A DNA stretch of 63,318 nt, the filler included, from Folioceros fuciformis (taxonomy: Eukaryota), in NCBI GenBank assembly GCA_049999805.1. It is 5 parts of 5 records of this genome, joined end to end, with 100 filler letters (N's around TTAATTAATTAA, not from the genome) between each part and the next. Parts side by side here need not be neighbours in the genome. Positions count along the whole stretch, not along the records: positions 19,695 to 49,961 come from JBNGIO010005963.1; positions 50,062 to 61,030 come from JBNGIO010005964.1; 3 more parts are not named here. One strand, given 5' to 3'. Each line of letters begins with the position of its first letter. The first letter of the stretch is position 1. Positions 40,700-52,339 of the stretch are shown piece by piece. The notes beneath the pieces were generated by a model. That model did not search any database and was not told the origin of the DNA. It worked only from the letters and a program-made list of their open reading frames with translations. The position numbers and the translations under genes are program-made.

Positions 40700-42442
40700 T
40701 CACAACTCGTCCTTGAGCTCTTGGGTAGCTTCCCTACCTTCTTCGAACCGGCAGACTCGAGCCTCAGGATACACCAGGCCAGAACGACAGAAGTAACCGG
40801 CACCGGGATGGCAATGCTCGTCCTTTTCGCAAACGCACAGCCCTTCCAAAGCGCAAAACGGTTTCAACTGGTTGAGCTCCGTGCCCCCAATCCCCAACAC
40901 GGCATCGGACCACGGACTGGAGAAAACGCCGTCCGGATCCAGCTTCTTCTTGATGTCCACAAACCTTTCCAGCCTCTTCCCGAACTTGCGCGCCATGCCA
41001 TGGAATGAGACGAATCGATTCGACTTCCCCCAGTGATGCTTTCCCTGGTACTTGAACAGAGCCAGCTGCTCCAGCTCCTGCAGCACGTCCAAGTCCAGCA
41101 GGGGGGTTCGCTCATCCTCAGCGCGGGCGTACAGTATCATCACAGCCACCACATCCTCCGTCTCCCCCAGCAAAGCTTCCGACCCGCCCTTGACGTATCG
41201 GAAGTAGATCCCCGCGTGGAGGTCCAACCCACAGAAGGCCTCCCTCCCGAGCTCCCTCAATTCCTCAACGTCCTTCACATAGTCCGAGATCCTCGACACC
41301 GGCACGGCAGCAGAGCTCTCGAAAACCCGCACGGAAGGTTCGTGGAAGAAGCAGATGTTGCCTGTCCCGGGATCCTCGAGCGCGCACTCGCATCCGGTCT
41401 GGATGTTAGAAGTGTAGCCGACGATGGCCTCGCCATAGCCAGCACGGACGGCAAGGTCCGGGCGGTTCCTCCCCTGGTCGCAGAGGAGAGTGCGGTTGCC
41501 TGTAGACTGCGCCAATTCGTGCAACGCCGCCCCGGCCTGCCACAACGCCGGGGGAGCAGCCTGCAGCAGAGGCAATCTCCAGGATGCCTCGCCCGGGGTG
41601 TCGGGAGGGACGACGTCCTCGTGCCGGAACACGACCTGCCGCTGCGAGGGGTACCAGCTGATGTCCCCGAACTCGCTATGACGGGCGTGGGAGACCACGC
41701 GTTGTGCTATGTCTTCGTCTCCGGCGCGCTCGTGCACCAGCCTGCGCTTGGAGGCGGGCTCCACCCGGAGCGTGATCCGGGAGATGGCGCCCAGCACGCC
41801 GAGCGAGAGCCGGGCTGCGGCCAGCTCGTCCCCGTCTTGAACATCCAGCACCTTCGCGTACCCTTCCTCTGCCGATGCCGGGACGACCAGGCGGAGGGAG
41901 AGGATGCGGTCGTGGAGGAGTTCGGAGACGAGGGAGGAGCCGTGGGCGCCGGTGGAAATGGCGCCCACCACCGACAGAGCCGACCATGCCGGAACGTTGG
42001 GGAGGCTGAATCCCGCTTCCGCCAGGCCGTCCAGGAGCTGCCAGATCTGAAGCCCCGCTCCCAAGGTCACAGTCTGCGAGATCGGGTCGATCGTGAACGT
42101 GGCGTCGTAGTGGGCTGTGGAGATGAGGGCTCCGTCGGGGCTGCCCGGGCAGACCAGCTTCGCGATGCTGTGCAATGCGCCGCTAACTTTCAAATGGGTG
42201 CGGTGGCGGACTGCGTCCGCCACCGCCTGTACTAGCTCCTGCTCGGTTTTGGGGTACAGTGCCTTGGCGAAGGTGCAGTCCGTTCTGTCTGCCGATGGCG
42301 ACATCCAAGTGGAGACGCTGCACCTGCCGGCATTTGTCGACTCCGGTGACTCGGGATGGCAGGTGATTTGCGTTCTCAGGCCCCATCCTGACTCCCAGAG
42401 TTGAAAGAGGAGCAGGAAGCACAATGTCCCCCAGGCAGACAT
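40700..42442 (-). CDS. Second L-gulonolactone oxidase-like FAD-linked oxidoreductase, intronless, signal peptide
   Basis: 580 aa, colinear with 31468-33237: HSIAKLVCPG, LPNVPAWS.LSVVGAISTGAHGSSL, HHWGKSNR, CALEGLCVC...GYFCR.GL. Confidence 0.93.
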   Translation of the reverse strand: MSAWGTLCFLLLFQLWESGWGLRTQITCHPESPESTNAGRCSVSTWMSPSADRTDCTFAKALYPKTEQELVQAVADAVRHRTHLKVSGALHSIAKLVCPGSPDGALISTAHYDATFTIDPISQTVTLGAGLQIWQLLDGLAEAGFSLPNVPAWSALSVVGAISTGAHGSSLVSELLHDRILSLRLVVPASAEEGYAKVLDVQDGDELAAARLSLGVLGAISRITLRVEPASKRRLVHERAGDEDIAQRVVSHARHSEFGDISWYPSQRQVVFRHEDVVPPDTPGEASWRLPLLQAAPPALWQAGAALHELAQSTGNRTLLCDQGRNRPDLAVRAGYGEAIVGYTSNIQTGCECALEDPGTGNICFFHEPSVRVFESSAAVPVSRISDYVKDVEELRELGREAFCGLDLHAGIYFRYVKGGSEALLGETEDVVAVMILYARAEDERTPLLDLDVLQELEQLALFKYQGKHHWGKSNRFVSFHGMARKFGKRLERFVDIKKKLDPDGVFSSPWSDAVLGIGGTELNQLKPFCALEGLCVCEKDEHCHPGAGYFCRSGLVYPEARVCRFEEGREATQELKDEL

Positions 42443-43072
42443 GCTGGCGAGTCTGCCTTGCCGTCTCCCGATCGAGTCGAGGTGGAGTTCGAAACTCTAG
42501 GCATTTTCTAGCTGAGGGCCTTCTTCGTTTTGGGTGCTTACTGGTGGAGGCTGTGGTGGGGCTGGTCTCTGAGGAACTTTTCCGGTGCATGCCAGCAACC
42601 GATTGCTTACCGGATAATTGCAGGACACTAATGCCACTGTGCGCGAATTTCACGTATCCGGTGCATACACGCCTCAAATCCGATTTCTCCTCGGGCTTGT
42701 CGTCCTTAGAGTGGTCATGACGTTCAGCCTGGAAGGTGATCGCGGGGGCCCAACCTGTGGAGGAATTCTGGTACGTGGGCAACACATGTCGTCTGGGGCC
42801 TGGATGGACGGTTCCCAAGGAGATTTAGGATCAAAGAAGGATGCTACAAGCCAGTAATAAACTGCAACGGAGGACATTGGGAAGCGTCGCGAAGGCAGCC
42901 TGACCTGCCCGCCCAAGCAGATCAACCGTGGAACCAAGTGCCATGAGACCCGCATTTGGCTCAATCCCATACGTTATCTTGCGTCATTTTTGAAGCACCC
43001 CCTGCCCTCGTTCACCAAGCCCTGGAGAGACGAAAGTTGCACATTCGGGCCCGACACCTTCATGTCGCGTCT

Positions 43073-43204
43073 CCTCAACTACTCGCTTGCTGTGAATGTT
43101 ACACGATCGGGCCCGGCATTCCTCAACTACTCCCTTGCTGTCAATGTTGCACCATCGGGCCCGGCATTCCTCAACTACTCCCTTGTTGTCAAGAGAGTAG
43201 TTGA
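43073..43204. repeat. 48-bp tandem repeat (about 2.5 copies) ending in a 15-bp hairpin
   Basis: Units start at 43073, 43121 and 43169. TCAACTACTCCCTTG-TTGT-CAAGAGAGTAGTTGA (43171-43204) forms a stem with one mismatch. Confidence 0.8.
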
Positions 43205-44359
43205 AGAAGGCCATTGCATCAAATGCTGTGCGATCATCTACTAAGCTGTCACATTTCACGCGCAAGTCCAACAGTCTATTACCCACATGAGAAATTAGGC
43301 AGTTTTTGCTAATTTAAACACGAAGCTCCCTTCGCGGAATTGACAAGCTCCAGCACGTGCTCATGGCTTCACAAGGGCGCCTACTATGCAGTTCGCATCC
43401 GGAATGAGATTGTCCTGTTTCATACTTGGAGAGAAAGAACAGATCTAGGCTCTTCGCCATTATATTCTAGCTCAGAACATCATCCTGTGATGGGTCGGCC
43501 AGGATTCTGTCAAGGAATGCCTCCAGCGCACGCAAGCAAGCAGCTGTTTAATCCGAAATCCATATATAAGTCTAGAACAAAGAGTATTTTTCGCAAGCGC
43601 GTGGGCCCAAGCTGTGGATCCTTAGCCAGGCCCGGGTAACGCAGTTTGTTGGGGGTTGGAACTTGGCTGGACTGGACCACAAAGGAGCGGCTTCACAAGC
43701 CAGAACATATAACAACCAGTTCGAGAGATAAGGAAGAATCCGGAAGCATATATAGAAGTATTCCTAGGTTATGGAGGCCGGCCCAGCTGGTCCTGGTCAA
43801 TTGCAGAAACACCCTGGCCAGGTTGCCCGCAGGAATCACACACCACATACATGAATTCCGATTGTTGCAAAAACGACTCGACTCTGCAGCAGATGTAATG
43901 TATTTGGTCAAACACCGATAGTATCTTGATGTTACGGATTGGATTCTTCCCGCCCATGCTCGTCCGACTTGAACCACATATGTACTGTGTTGTAGGACCC
44001 AGAGCGAATCACAGATATCTGACGACGACACAGCAACCCACAGTCAGGTAACTAGCAGAAACTTCAAAGCAACAACAGCGAACCCGGCGAGGGAGAGGCG
44101 CGAGAATCACCTGAGTTCACCTTTTTCAGTCCACACATAAGAGAGAGAAAGAGCAGTACACAAACTGGAGAGAGAGCAGCCTGGTTCCAGGGTCTCATCA
44201 CTCTGATGAGAGATGGGGACAGGCGCAGTGGAATACTGAACCGTCGGCATTGCTGCAGGCGACAGGAACGGGGCCTTCCAAGTCTGCCAGTGCGCTACGC
44301 TCACCCGCGATGTCACGGCTTCCAAGAGGGAGAGACAACGCGAGCGCGTGCTGAAAGCG

Positions 44360-45094
44360 TTACTTGTCGGCGGGAAGGCCTTTGTGTTCTTTAGGTTTGA
44401 ACGGGGGGAAGGGATTGACGGCAAGCCCTTCCAAAATGAGAAGCTCGTCCAGGAGCGCAAGCTTCTCCTCCTGCAGAGCCGTCACCACATCCTTCGTCTC
44501 CTGCAATTCCCGAGAGATGTCCGCACCCTGCTCCACCAGCATCTGGAAATCCCTCTCCACCTTGCGGCACTGGACGTCGACCCTGCTCCGCGCCTCGGCT
44601 TTCGTTTCCGGATCCGCATCCGCCTCCGCCCCCAGTCCCAACCGCAATCCCAGGTCAGAGCCGGTATCGGGCTCCCGCGCCCTGCCTTCCACCTTCTTGG
44701 CCTTGCTTCTGGCTCTGCCCGGCCCGCCCCATTTCATCATGCTAGCCGCCTGCTTCGGATGCAACTGAACATCTTGAGCATCAGCATCCACTGCCTCAGC
44801 CTCAGGAGGGGCCATCTTGCGCTTGCGAGGCTTGGCCTGGGACCTGGCCTTGCCACCACCCTCCTTCCTGCCGCCGACGTGCGCAGAGCCATCTTCCGCA
44901 ACGGGTTGCTCCTTGGTAGCCTCATTGCCAACAACTTCTGCTGCTGTAGGTGTAGGTGTAGGTTTTGAAGTGCTTGGTCTAGACTGGCCCTCGCTCTTTC
45001 CCTCGTTGCCTGTGCCGTTCGTCGCCTTTGCGCCACCATCTCCAGGAACTGCCCCTGCCGAAGGCGATGCTACCGCCTCTACATCTGCCTGCAT
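44360..45094 (-). CDS. Small protein with low-complexity N-terminus, basic NLS-like stretch and C-terminal coiled coil
   Basis: 244-aa ATG-initiated GC-rich ORF with KPRKRK and heptad tail ...ELQETKDVVTALQEEKLALLDELLILEGL, resembling a recalled conserved plant family tail (EDEKLALLDQLVVLEGL). Confidence 0.7.
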   Translation of the reverse strand: MQADVEAVASPSAGAVPGDGGAKATNGTGNEGKSEGQSRPSTSKPTPTPTAAEVVGNEATKEQPVAEDGSAHVGGRKEGGGKARSQAKPRKRKMAPPEAEAVDADAQDVQLHPKQAASMMKWGGPGRARSKAKKVEGRAREPDTGSDLGLRLGLGAEADADPETKAEARSRVDVQCRKVERDFQMLVEQGADISRELQETKDVVTALQEEKLALLDELLILEGLAVNPFPPFKPKEHKGLPADK

Positions 45095-45924
45095 CTCCGC
45101 TCACATCGGATGCACAGAACGTCCACCTTTACAACATCCAGCTTCTCAACTCACAAAACCGCAACAAAATTCTGTCGTTGCTGGTCGATGATCAGATCAG
45201 ATCCCAGGAACATACATACACTATATAGGTACCTACATATGCCAAATAGGAAGTGCCAATGCTGTATTAGGACGAGACCATCAATCCAGTAAAACATTGC
45301 AATCATTCCTAGCCACAAAATTCGTAGGTATGAGAGGGAAATCTCAAAGAATGCATCTTCAGAAATTTGGTATAGTTTATGTCTTTTATGATCCATAATA
45401 TAAGATTAGTACATATTATTTGAGATTCAATGAATCAACATGAGGAAGCAGAAAGCACTGGAATCACTAGGGGATGAGGCCTACTTAGTCTAAGCAGGTC
45501 TCATACTATGACTCTAAGCATAATGAGGTAAAGCGTTAAACCATTGAAAAAAACCAGAACCATTTGCTAGGTGTGAATCCAAGTTTGAATTCACATAGTT
45601 CATCACCTTGCAGGTAATATTTTCCTCCTCCATCCCTAACATCTTATCATGCTTTTTTTTAGAGACTTGTACTTTGGCTAGATTTTGTCTAGCATACTAA
45701 GCCCTACTATTTGTCTTGATTTTCCTTCCATATTATGCTCAGTAAAGATGATAAAGGTAGAAGGCCTACAACTTTTTGAGAAGAGAGTTGGCCCCCCACC
45801 ATGCATACCATGAGACTCATTTTGCAAAACTTCTATAGTATGAACCTCAATAAACAGCATACTTGCACCATTAACCTACATGACTGGAACAAAGACACCA
45901 ATTTATTATCACTTCCAAATTTAT

Positions 45925-46067
45925 GGTGTTGGCTGATAATTTGTTGAAGGTTTCCAATTCAAGGTGTTGGTTGATAATTTGTTGAACGCTTCTAATTGAA
46001 GGTGTTGATTGATAATTTGTTAAACGCTTCTGATTCAAGATGTTGATTGATAATTTGTTGAACGCCC
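45925..46067. repeat. 38-bp imperfect tandem repeat, about 4 copies
   Basis: Consensus GGTGTTGGTTGATAATTTGTTGAACGCTTCTAATTCAA. Confidence 0.85.
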
Positions 46068-46878
46068 TTCATCATGATGGATCATGGAAAGCTCAAGTCT
46101 TTTTAATGTCATGACAGGATGATGTTAAAAAGAAAAGAGGACAAACAATGGGAAATTGACACAAAAAAATTGTAGAGGAGTGAAGGGACGTAGTCGTCAA
46201 GAGTGAAGGGATGTAATTGTCTTGACGAGCTTAGCCAAAAACTTATAAACATACCTACTAAGCCCATAGATAGTTGTAACATGATTCACACTAGGTGAAA
46301 TATGAAAGATAAAACCAAAAAAGAGAGTACAAGGAAGTACCCAATTCTGTGTAGATCACAAAGTTCTTGATGTGAGCTTTGTGTAGAGAGAGCTAAGGAT
46401 CTAGAGAGCTAGGATAGCAAGCAATCAAATAGTCGAGGGCAATACCTTGTTAGGTTGTAGATCAACAAACTCTTGCTGAAAAGTTTGAGTTGTGAAGAGT
46501 TAGATAGTAAGCTTGTTGTCAAAGGCGATAGTGAGTGGGTGTAGATTGTTAGACCCTTGGATCAAAGTGTGCTCACCAAACTCTTGCGTGGAAGTATTTC
46601 AAATAAGGAGTGGCATGTCAAGGATGTAGAAGTATTTTAATACTTTAATAATGAGCATCACCTCAAGTAGGTGGTTTGTGAGTACTAGTGAATACTAAAT
46701 TGCTTGGGAACCTTGTGTTATGTTGTGAAAGTTGAGTGTGTGAATGGTACATTATCTACAGCCTAATTGTGGTGTGGAAAGGCGAATGCATGGATGGTAG
46801 GTTGCTTGGAGCCTAGTGCTAGTGCGATGGATGGTAGGCATACTGTGCAATGTGGAGAAGCTTAGTGTTGTGTTACGA

Positions 46879-47106
46879 GAAAGTTGAGTGCATGGAGTTG
46901 TGTCGTGAAAGTTGAGAAAGTTGAGTGCATGGAGTTGTGTCGTGAAAGTTGAGAAAGTTGAGTGCATGGAGTTGTGTCGTGAAAGTTGAGAAAGTTGAGT
47001 GCATGGAGTTGTGTCGTGAAAGTTGAGAAAGTTGAGTACATGGAGTTGTGTCGTGAAAGTTGAGAAAGTTGAGTGCATGGAGTTGTGTCGTGAAAGTTGA
47101 GTGCAT
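46879..47106. repeat. 37-bp minisatellite, about 6 near-identical copies
   Basis: GAAAGTTGAGAAAGTTGAGTGCATGGAGTTGTGTCGT with units at 46907, 46944, 46981 and onward, without spacers. Confidence 0.95.
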
Positions 47107-47484
47107 AACGAATAGAGTACAAAGTTGAAGAGTTGTGTAAAAAGTTGATTTGCGCACTAGTCTCTTGTGGACTAGTGCACACTAGTCTCTTGTCTTAAAC
47201 CCAAGCAGCTCAAAGCCACCTTGAATTGACAAGGTCCCAAGTTGCTTAAAAATCCACCATAAATTGACGAGGTCCCAAGCTGCCAAAAAAAACCACTATG
47301 AATCGACGAGGTCCAAGCCACTTGGAAGCCAAAATGACATCCCAAGCCGCTTGGAAGCCAGCAATCTATTAGGGGGTTTCAAACTTGTGCAAAAATGGAG
47401 CTAATATGGAAATACAAACCCAGATGTATCCGACGAGTATGTGTAAGGAAATGCGAGCTAATATCGCGAAATCATATCCTGCAA

Positions 47485-48180
47485 GGTCCCATCACATTAC
47501 CACTATTACAAAAACCAGGTGTGGATGGCGAAGTGTACTTTGATCGTAAACGAAGGTATGCTACAATTTGTGTTTTGAGGGCTTGCTCTAACCCAAGACA
47601 CGAGTACTAAGCTTGCACTACCTCTCTTTACCAAGTATTCCATCAACATGCAAGTGTTTTGCGATGTTGACAAACGAATCACTGCCCTGCATGTGGGTTG
47701 TCCTGGTCGGTGTGCAAACTCGTTTGTGTTCCACCATATGAAACTGTACAAGGATCTGCAAACTCACTTTTCAGCAAGCGACTACATACTTGCAGATTCT
47801 GCCTACGATTTGTCTACCAACTGTGTACCTGCATACAAGGCTCCTGCTTCAAATGTGCTGGAAAATGCAAAATTCAATTTTTGCCTTGCCAAAAGTAGAG
47901 TTAGGAATGAGCACTACATAGGTATTTTGAAATCTTGTTGGGCCTCCCTTCGAGAAATGAGGCAACAGATAAGATGTCCTCGGGATATGCGGGAGGTAGT
48001 CAGCTGGGTTGCAGCATGTTGTGCTCTTCATAAAATGTTAGCTCGCCTTGGTAATACATGGACAGACATGCTTCTGGAGGAAGGTGACCAAGTAGAGTCT
48101 TCTGGTGAAATTGTTGGGGCTAGTACCATTCAAGCTGAGAGTTTTCGTGAGTCTCTGAAGATTATTACTCTTTAGACAAA
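47485..48180 (+). mobile_element. PIF/Harbinger transposase (HARBI1/DDE_Tnp_4-like), 5'-truncated, with probable intron at about 47556-47634
   Basis: QKPGVDGEVYFDRKRR / YSINMQVFCD.DKRI....VGCPG...YILADSAY......PAYK.....FNFCLAKSRVRNEH.IGILK..WASL. Confidence 0.88.
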
Positions 48181-48309
48181 TTACGAATGTGGAGTTCTTC
48201 CTTTGTCTCGTCGACCAGAAGCATAAAGATATCATTTGCCATAACGTTTGCAAGCCTTACTTGGTTTTGTTGTCCTCAAACACCCAGAAGGGAGCTATAT
48301 TTCTGCCAA

Positions 48310-49621
48310 TCAAATGAACTCTAGCATATGCTCCAATTGCTCGCTGTCGTAGCCCTTTTCCATGGTCGTCTGAATGAGCAATAAATTTTGTATCCTCAAA
48401 CGCTCATCAGTCTCCTCCTTACGTTGTTGCCACAATAATGATTGCTCCTCTTTCCGATCTGCCCTCTCCATCTCCCATTTTTCCTTCTTTCACTGTAGTT
48501 TAGATTGACTTTCCTTCATAGAGAGCTCCATTTTCTCTAAATCAGTACGACGCTTACCTACGATAGCGAAGACCAGTTAAGGGCACACTCTGGCAGACAA
48601 AACATTACTTCTTGCATGTATTTGTTGGTAGCTGGTAACGACTTACATTCAGCTTTCGTAATTGTAGCATCACGATAGCCAGCAGCAAAAGCATTTTTGG
48701 ATGCCCCCACGCTAGGCCCAGCATCCAGCTTTAGAGGTGCTTTGCACTCATCAGTAGGTGTTATTCACACGCGCTTCTATACAACTGGAGAACCGGCATT
48801 CTCAGAACGTTGTTTCTTCTTCCTGATATAGAAGCCTCCCCACCATCAACGACTTCACTTGGCAGGGCACTATCCTCATTTAAGTTCATTTCATGCCTAA
48901 TATAGAAAGCCTCCCCACCATCAGGGACTTCACTTGGGAAAGCATTGTCCTCATCTAAGTTTCGGTAATCTTGAGGTTGTGATTCACATTCTTCAGGAAT
49001 TTGAGATTCATCGTCATCTGGACACTGTGAGTCTCCTTTAGTTAAACCAAGGGAGGTGTCAAGATCTTGAATACTTGCAATAAACTGAGGTAGGAATTCT
49101 CCAATTAAAGGAGCTTGTAGTTGATCTCCTATTGTCTATTGCAATCCACAGTCTAGCTCAAATAATGGCTCCTCATTTGCTTTGGCTCCACACAAAGAGT
49201 CCATGCGTTCAAACCATGCACACATGGTGTCCAATTTATGCGCAATAGTAAAAATACCATTTTTCTGGTCCTCTACAGACACACCAAAACCTGTACTGTC
49301 CCTTGCCTTGTAAGTAGTAAATCTTTCCTTCATGCTTTTCGCACCAAGACAAAAGCGACCCTTATTGCCTTTGCTTACCATATCTGCCAGCATACTGAAG
49401 CCCTTCACTGAATTGTGTAGTGGCTCACCAACACTTGTCTCGCCAAGCACACCAAAGCACAGTGCGTAATTGGGCGGATGCTCTAGCCAAGTGACAATAC
49501 GCTCATAATCTTCTCTCTGCAAATTTGGTTTCTTCCCAACAGGAAGGTTACCTTTCCTCTTCCTTGAAGTGACAACGGCTATACACACGCTTTGAGGGCT
49601 TGGCACGCTTAATTTTGCCAT
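48310..49621 (-). mobile_element. Harbinger second gene (Myb/SANT-like DNA-binding protein), degenerate, convergent with the transposase
   Basis: ORF 49621-49136 (IVTWLEHPPNY...KERFTTYK...STGFGVSVEDQKNGI..I..KL..MC..F.RMD.L.G), followed by broken acidic and coiled-coil frames to about 48310. The two-gene layout is typical of Harbingers. Confidence 0.7.
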
Positions 49622-50061
49622 TTACGGGGAGAGCAGCAGCAGATTGTGCCACCCCCGAGCACCAGCAGATGCAGCAGGAAGAGATGGCCGGTGTGCTGCC
49701 CCTGACTGCTGCCCCACCGGATGTGTATGCTACAGCATCCCCCTAGGCAGCTGTGACACCACTCACTCTAAACTCTACACCCACTATAGTCTCGCTTCTA
49801 ATCTCTCTCTTTTAGCACCAACAGGCTTCACAAGCCAACAAGACAGTCCGCAGCAATGCGCCCCGGCTGTGACGGGACAGGCAGAGGGGCACCAGCTGTG
49901 AGTGGGTGGTCCTAAAGTGGGGGGAGGTAGAAAGGAGCCGAGGGAAGGAGGGAAGCGGGGGNNNNNNNNNNNNNNNNNNNNNNNNNNNNNNNNNNNNNNN
50001 NNNNNTTAATTAATTAANNNNNNNNNNNNNNNNNNNNNNNNNNNNNNNNNNNNNNNNNNNN

Positions 50062-51941
50062 TGTACCTGAGTGTTGTACTTAGCTTCCCTAAGGAGTAGG
50101 AGGTTGTCTAGGATGCACCTATTTTGAATGAATCCTTGCTGCTCTTTCTCAATCCAATCATCAAGAAATTGAGTAATTCGGTTAGCCAGTACCTTAGCAA
50201 TCACCTTGTATGTGGTAGTAAGCAAGGTAATTGGGCACCAGTGAGAGATTGATAAACTGGTGTCTTGCTTAGGGAGCAGGGAGATAACCCCCATATTAAA
50301 CCAGCTCTCCATGCTACCTTCCTCCCAAAACATACTAATGGCCTCCATGAATAACGGCTGCATAAATTCCCAACCCCAAAGTAGGAACTCAGGAGGGATA
50401 CCATCATGTCCTAGGGATTTATCCCTCGGCATCCCCTTCAGGGCCTGGAGAACCTCATCAGTAGATATCAGCCTATCTAGAGCCCTGCGCTGGTCCTTGA
50501 ACACTTTAGCCGACAGCGCACCGTAAGAAGAAGACCAAAGTTGTTCCCACCCTTTCACCTTCCCAACACTGGAGAAAATGCCAACAAAGAGGAGGGTAAT
50601 AAGAGTCTTTAAACCTGAGAGCGATTCTTGCACTACGGCGCACGCGTCTAGAAGGGCAGGAATGCGCGTCTTATGTCGGTTTGCGGCCACCTTATCAAAG
50701 AAGAATTTAGAGGGGCCATCCCCCTCCCTCACCCATTTAACTTTGGCCCTCTTAAACCAACCCTTGGCCATGTCTTCTTCCAACTTGGCCAAGGTGCACT
50801 ATACCTCCGTTTTCCGAGTCCCTTCCGCACTTGTGAAATCCCGGCCCTCACCGCTCCTTTGTAGCCAACACAATTCTCCCTCAAAAAACATTGTTGCTGA
50901 CGTTGTTCTCTTGCTCGTTGAACCCCTTGTCTCCTCAAATACATAGTCGCCTCAGTGTTAGCACACATCAATTGATCGCCACATTTCCTTCCCCCTGTTC
51001 AACTCCTTGCCAGATGGTTTTAATGTCCTCGAAGACACCTTTTTCCTTCAATAAGGAGGTGTTCATCCGAAAGTTCTGCATATCTCCCCTTGGGCGCTCC
51101 GACTCAGGAGCAAGCCTCAAATGTAGACTAATTGGGTGGTGGTCGGAGAGGATCGTACCAGCGAGAATATTGTACGATTGTACAAAGGCCAACCACCCTG
51201 AAGGTAAATAAAACTTGTCCAACCTGCGCGCACCCAAGTTCTGTTGTTGTTGGTTTGACCAGCTGAACATCATGGATTGTGGTTGGCGATGCGCCGGGAG
51301 GGCCACCCACGGATCTTGCACCGCCAAGACCATGTCTCTCAGCTCTTGCCAAGCCAAAGGCACCGCTCGGATATCAACTGGGCTAACCCCCCGAATATCC
51401 TCGGGGCGTTCAACAAAGTTGAAGTCGCCAACCAACATCCACGGAATCTGCTCATCAAGATGATCTCCCAGCCTACACCAAAGGTTATTGCTGTCACTGG
51501 CATTTTAAGGAGCGTAAATATTACAAATACCCACCGGACCTTGAGGAGTTTGAAGCACCAACCACACAAACCTCCCATCCTCATCTTGCCCCGATTCTAG
51601 GATATTATGAGTTTGATTTGGTGAACTATAATGGACACTCCTCCGCGGGTCGCCGACACTTGTTGAGAAGAGCTGAGTCCACCACTTGTATCCTCTGCTC
51701 TAGCTGCTGCCCATTCGGTTCTATCAGGAAGGAAGATTTTCTTCACTTTCTGGATGTGTTCCAGAGATAGTTTATGCTCTTTCAAGCACACCACATCCCA
51801 TGTGACGTCCTCTTCAAGAAGAATCTTAAGTCTTCTACACTTCAACGCCGTCTTCGACCAACCTCCCAAGCCCCTAACATTCTTGGAAATGATCTGCCGA
51901 TGGGACCTCCTCTCGTAATTTTTCAGAGTGTCGATACCCAT
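50062..51941 (-). mobile_element. L1-like LINE ORF2 (APE endonuclease and start of RT), degenerate
   Basis: Endonuclease motifs NVRGL, GDFN, RLDKFY, SDHHPI; RT-region motifs KSLGHDGIP.EF, PITLL.TTYK.IAK.LANR, QQGFI.NR.I.DN. Stops and frameshifts present. Confidence 0.92.
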
Positions 51942-52030
51942 TTAGTAGGACTTGCTTGAGAGATTCCGGACAGCAGAATGCTTGGGCATCCTAGCCTCAG
52001 ACGCCTATTTGGGTCGCGCCATATGGTCCT

Positions 52031-52314
52031 TGAAGGATAGCTAGAGGAGCTACATGGTGAAGGAGGAGAGGAGGAGGCAAGGAGGAGACGAGAAAAGAGA
52101 GGTCACACTCTCACATAGAGTCTCAATAGCAAGGGAGCTCAAGGGGGTATTTGTACCTTCTAGAAGAGCTCCCTAGGAAGCTTCACAAGAAGTGCACAGG
52201 AAGCTGCGCAAGAAGCTTCCTACATATTAGCTTAAGCTAATCTAAACTAATGATACTTAACTAGACACTAATATTAGACTAAACACATTAGTCTAAGCAC
52301 ATTGGGCTTTAATA
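52031..52314 (-). mobile_element. Possible solo LTR between LINE ORF2 and its upstream region
   Basis: AT-rich U3-like part, TACAAATACCCC TATA-like box on -, CT-rich R/U5-like part. TSD is unconvincing. Confidence 0.3.
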
Positions 52315-52339
52315 ACCCTAAGTCCTTAGCTTTGAGCTC

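Noticed and set aside
41033..42235. Long antisense or alternative-frame ORFs over the GulLO, PPR and 44360-45094 genes
   Set aside because: Expected shadows of GC-rich coding sequence, with no motifs of their own.
12590..42442. PPO plus two GulLO-like genes as a biosynthetic gene cluster
   Set aside because: They are separated by TEs, unrelated genes and an artificial joiner. There is no scaffold-forming enzyme and no expression evidence.
46879..47106. 37-bp repeat as a CRISPR array
   Set aside because: Units are directly head-to-tail with no unique spacers, there are no cas genes, and the context is eukaryotic.
47368..47385. TTA-GGGGGTTTC as the Harbinger left TSD and TIR
   Set aside because: No matching right end is visible before the gap at 49962, so it cannot be supported.
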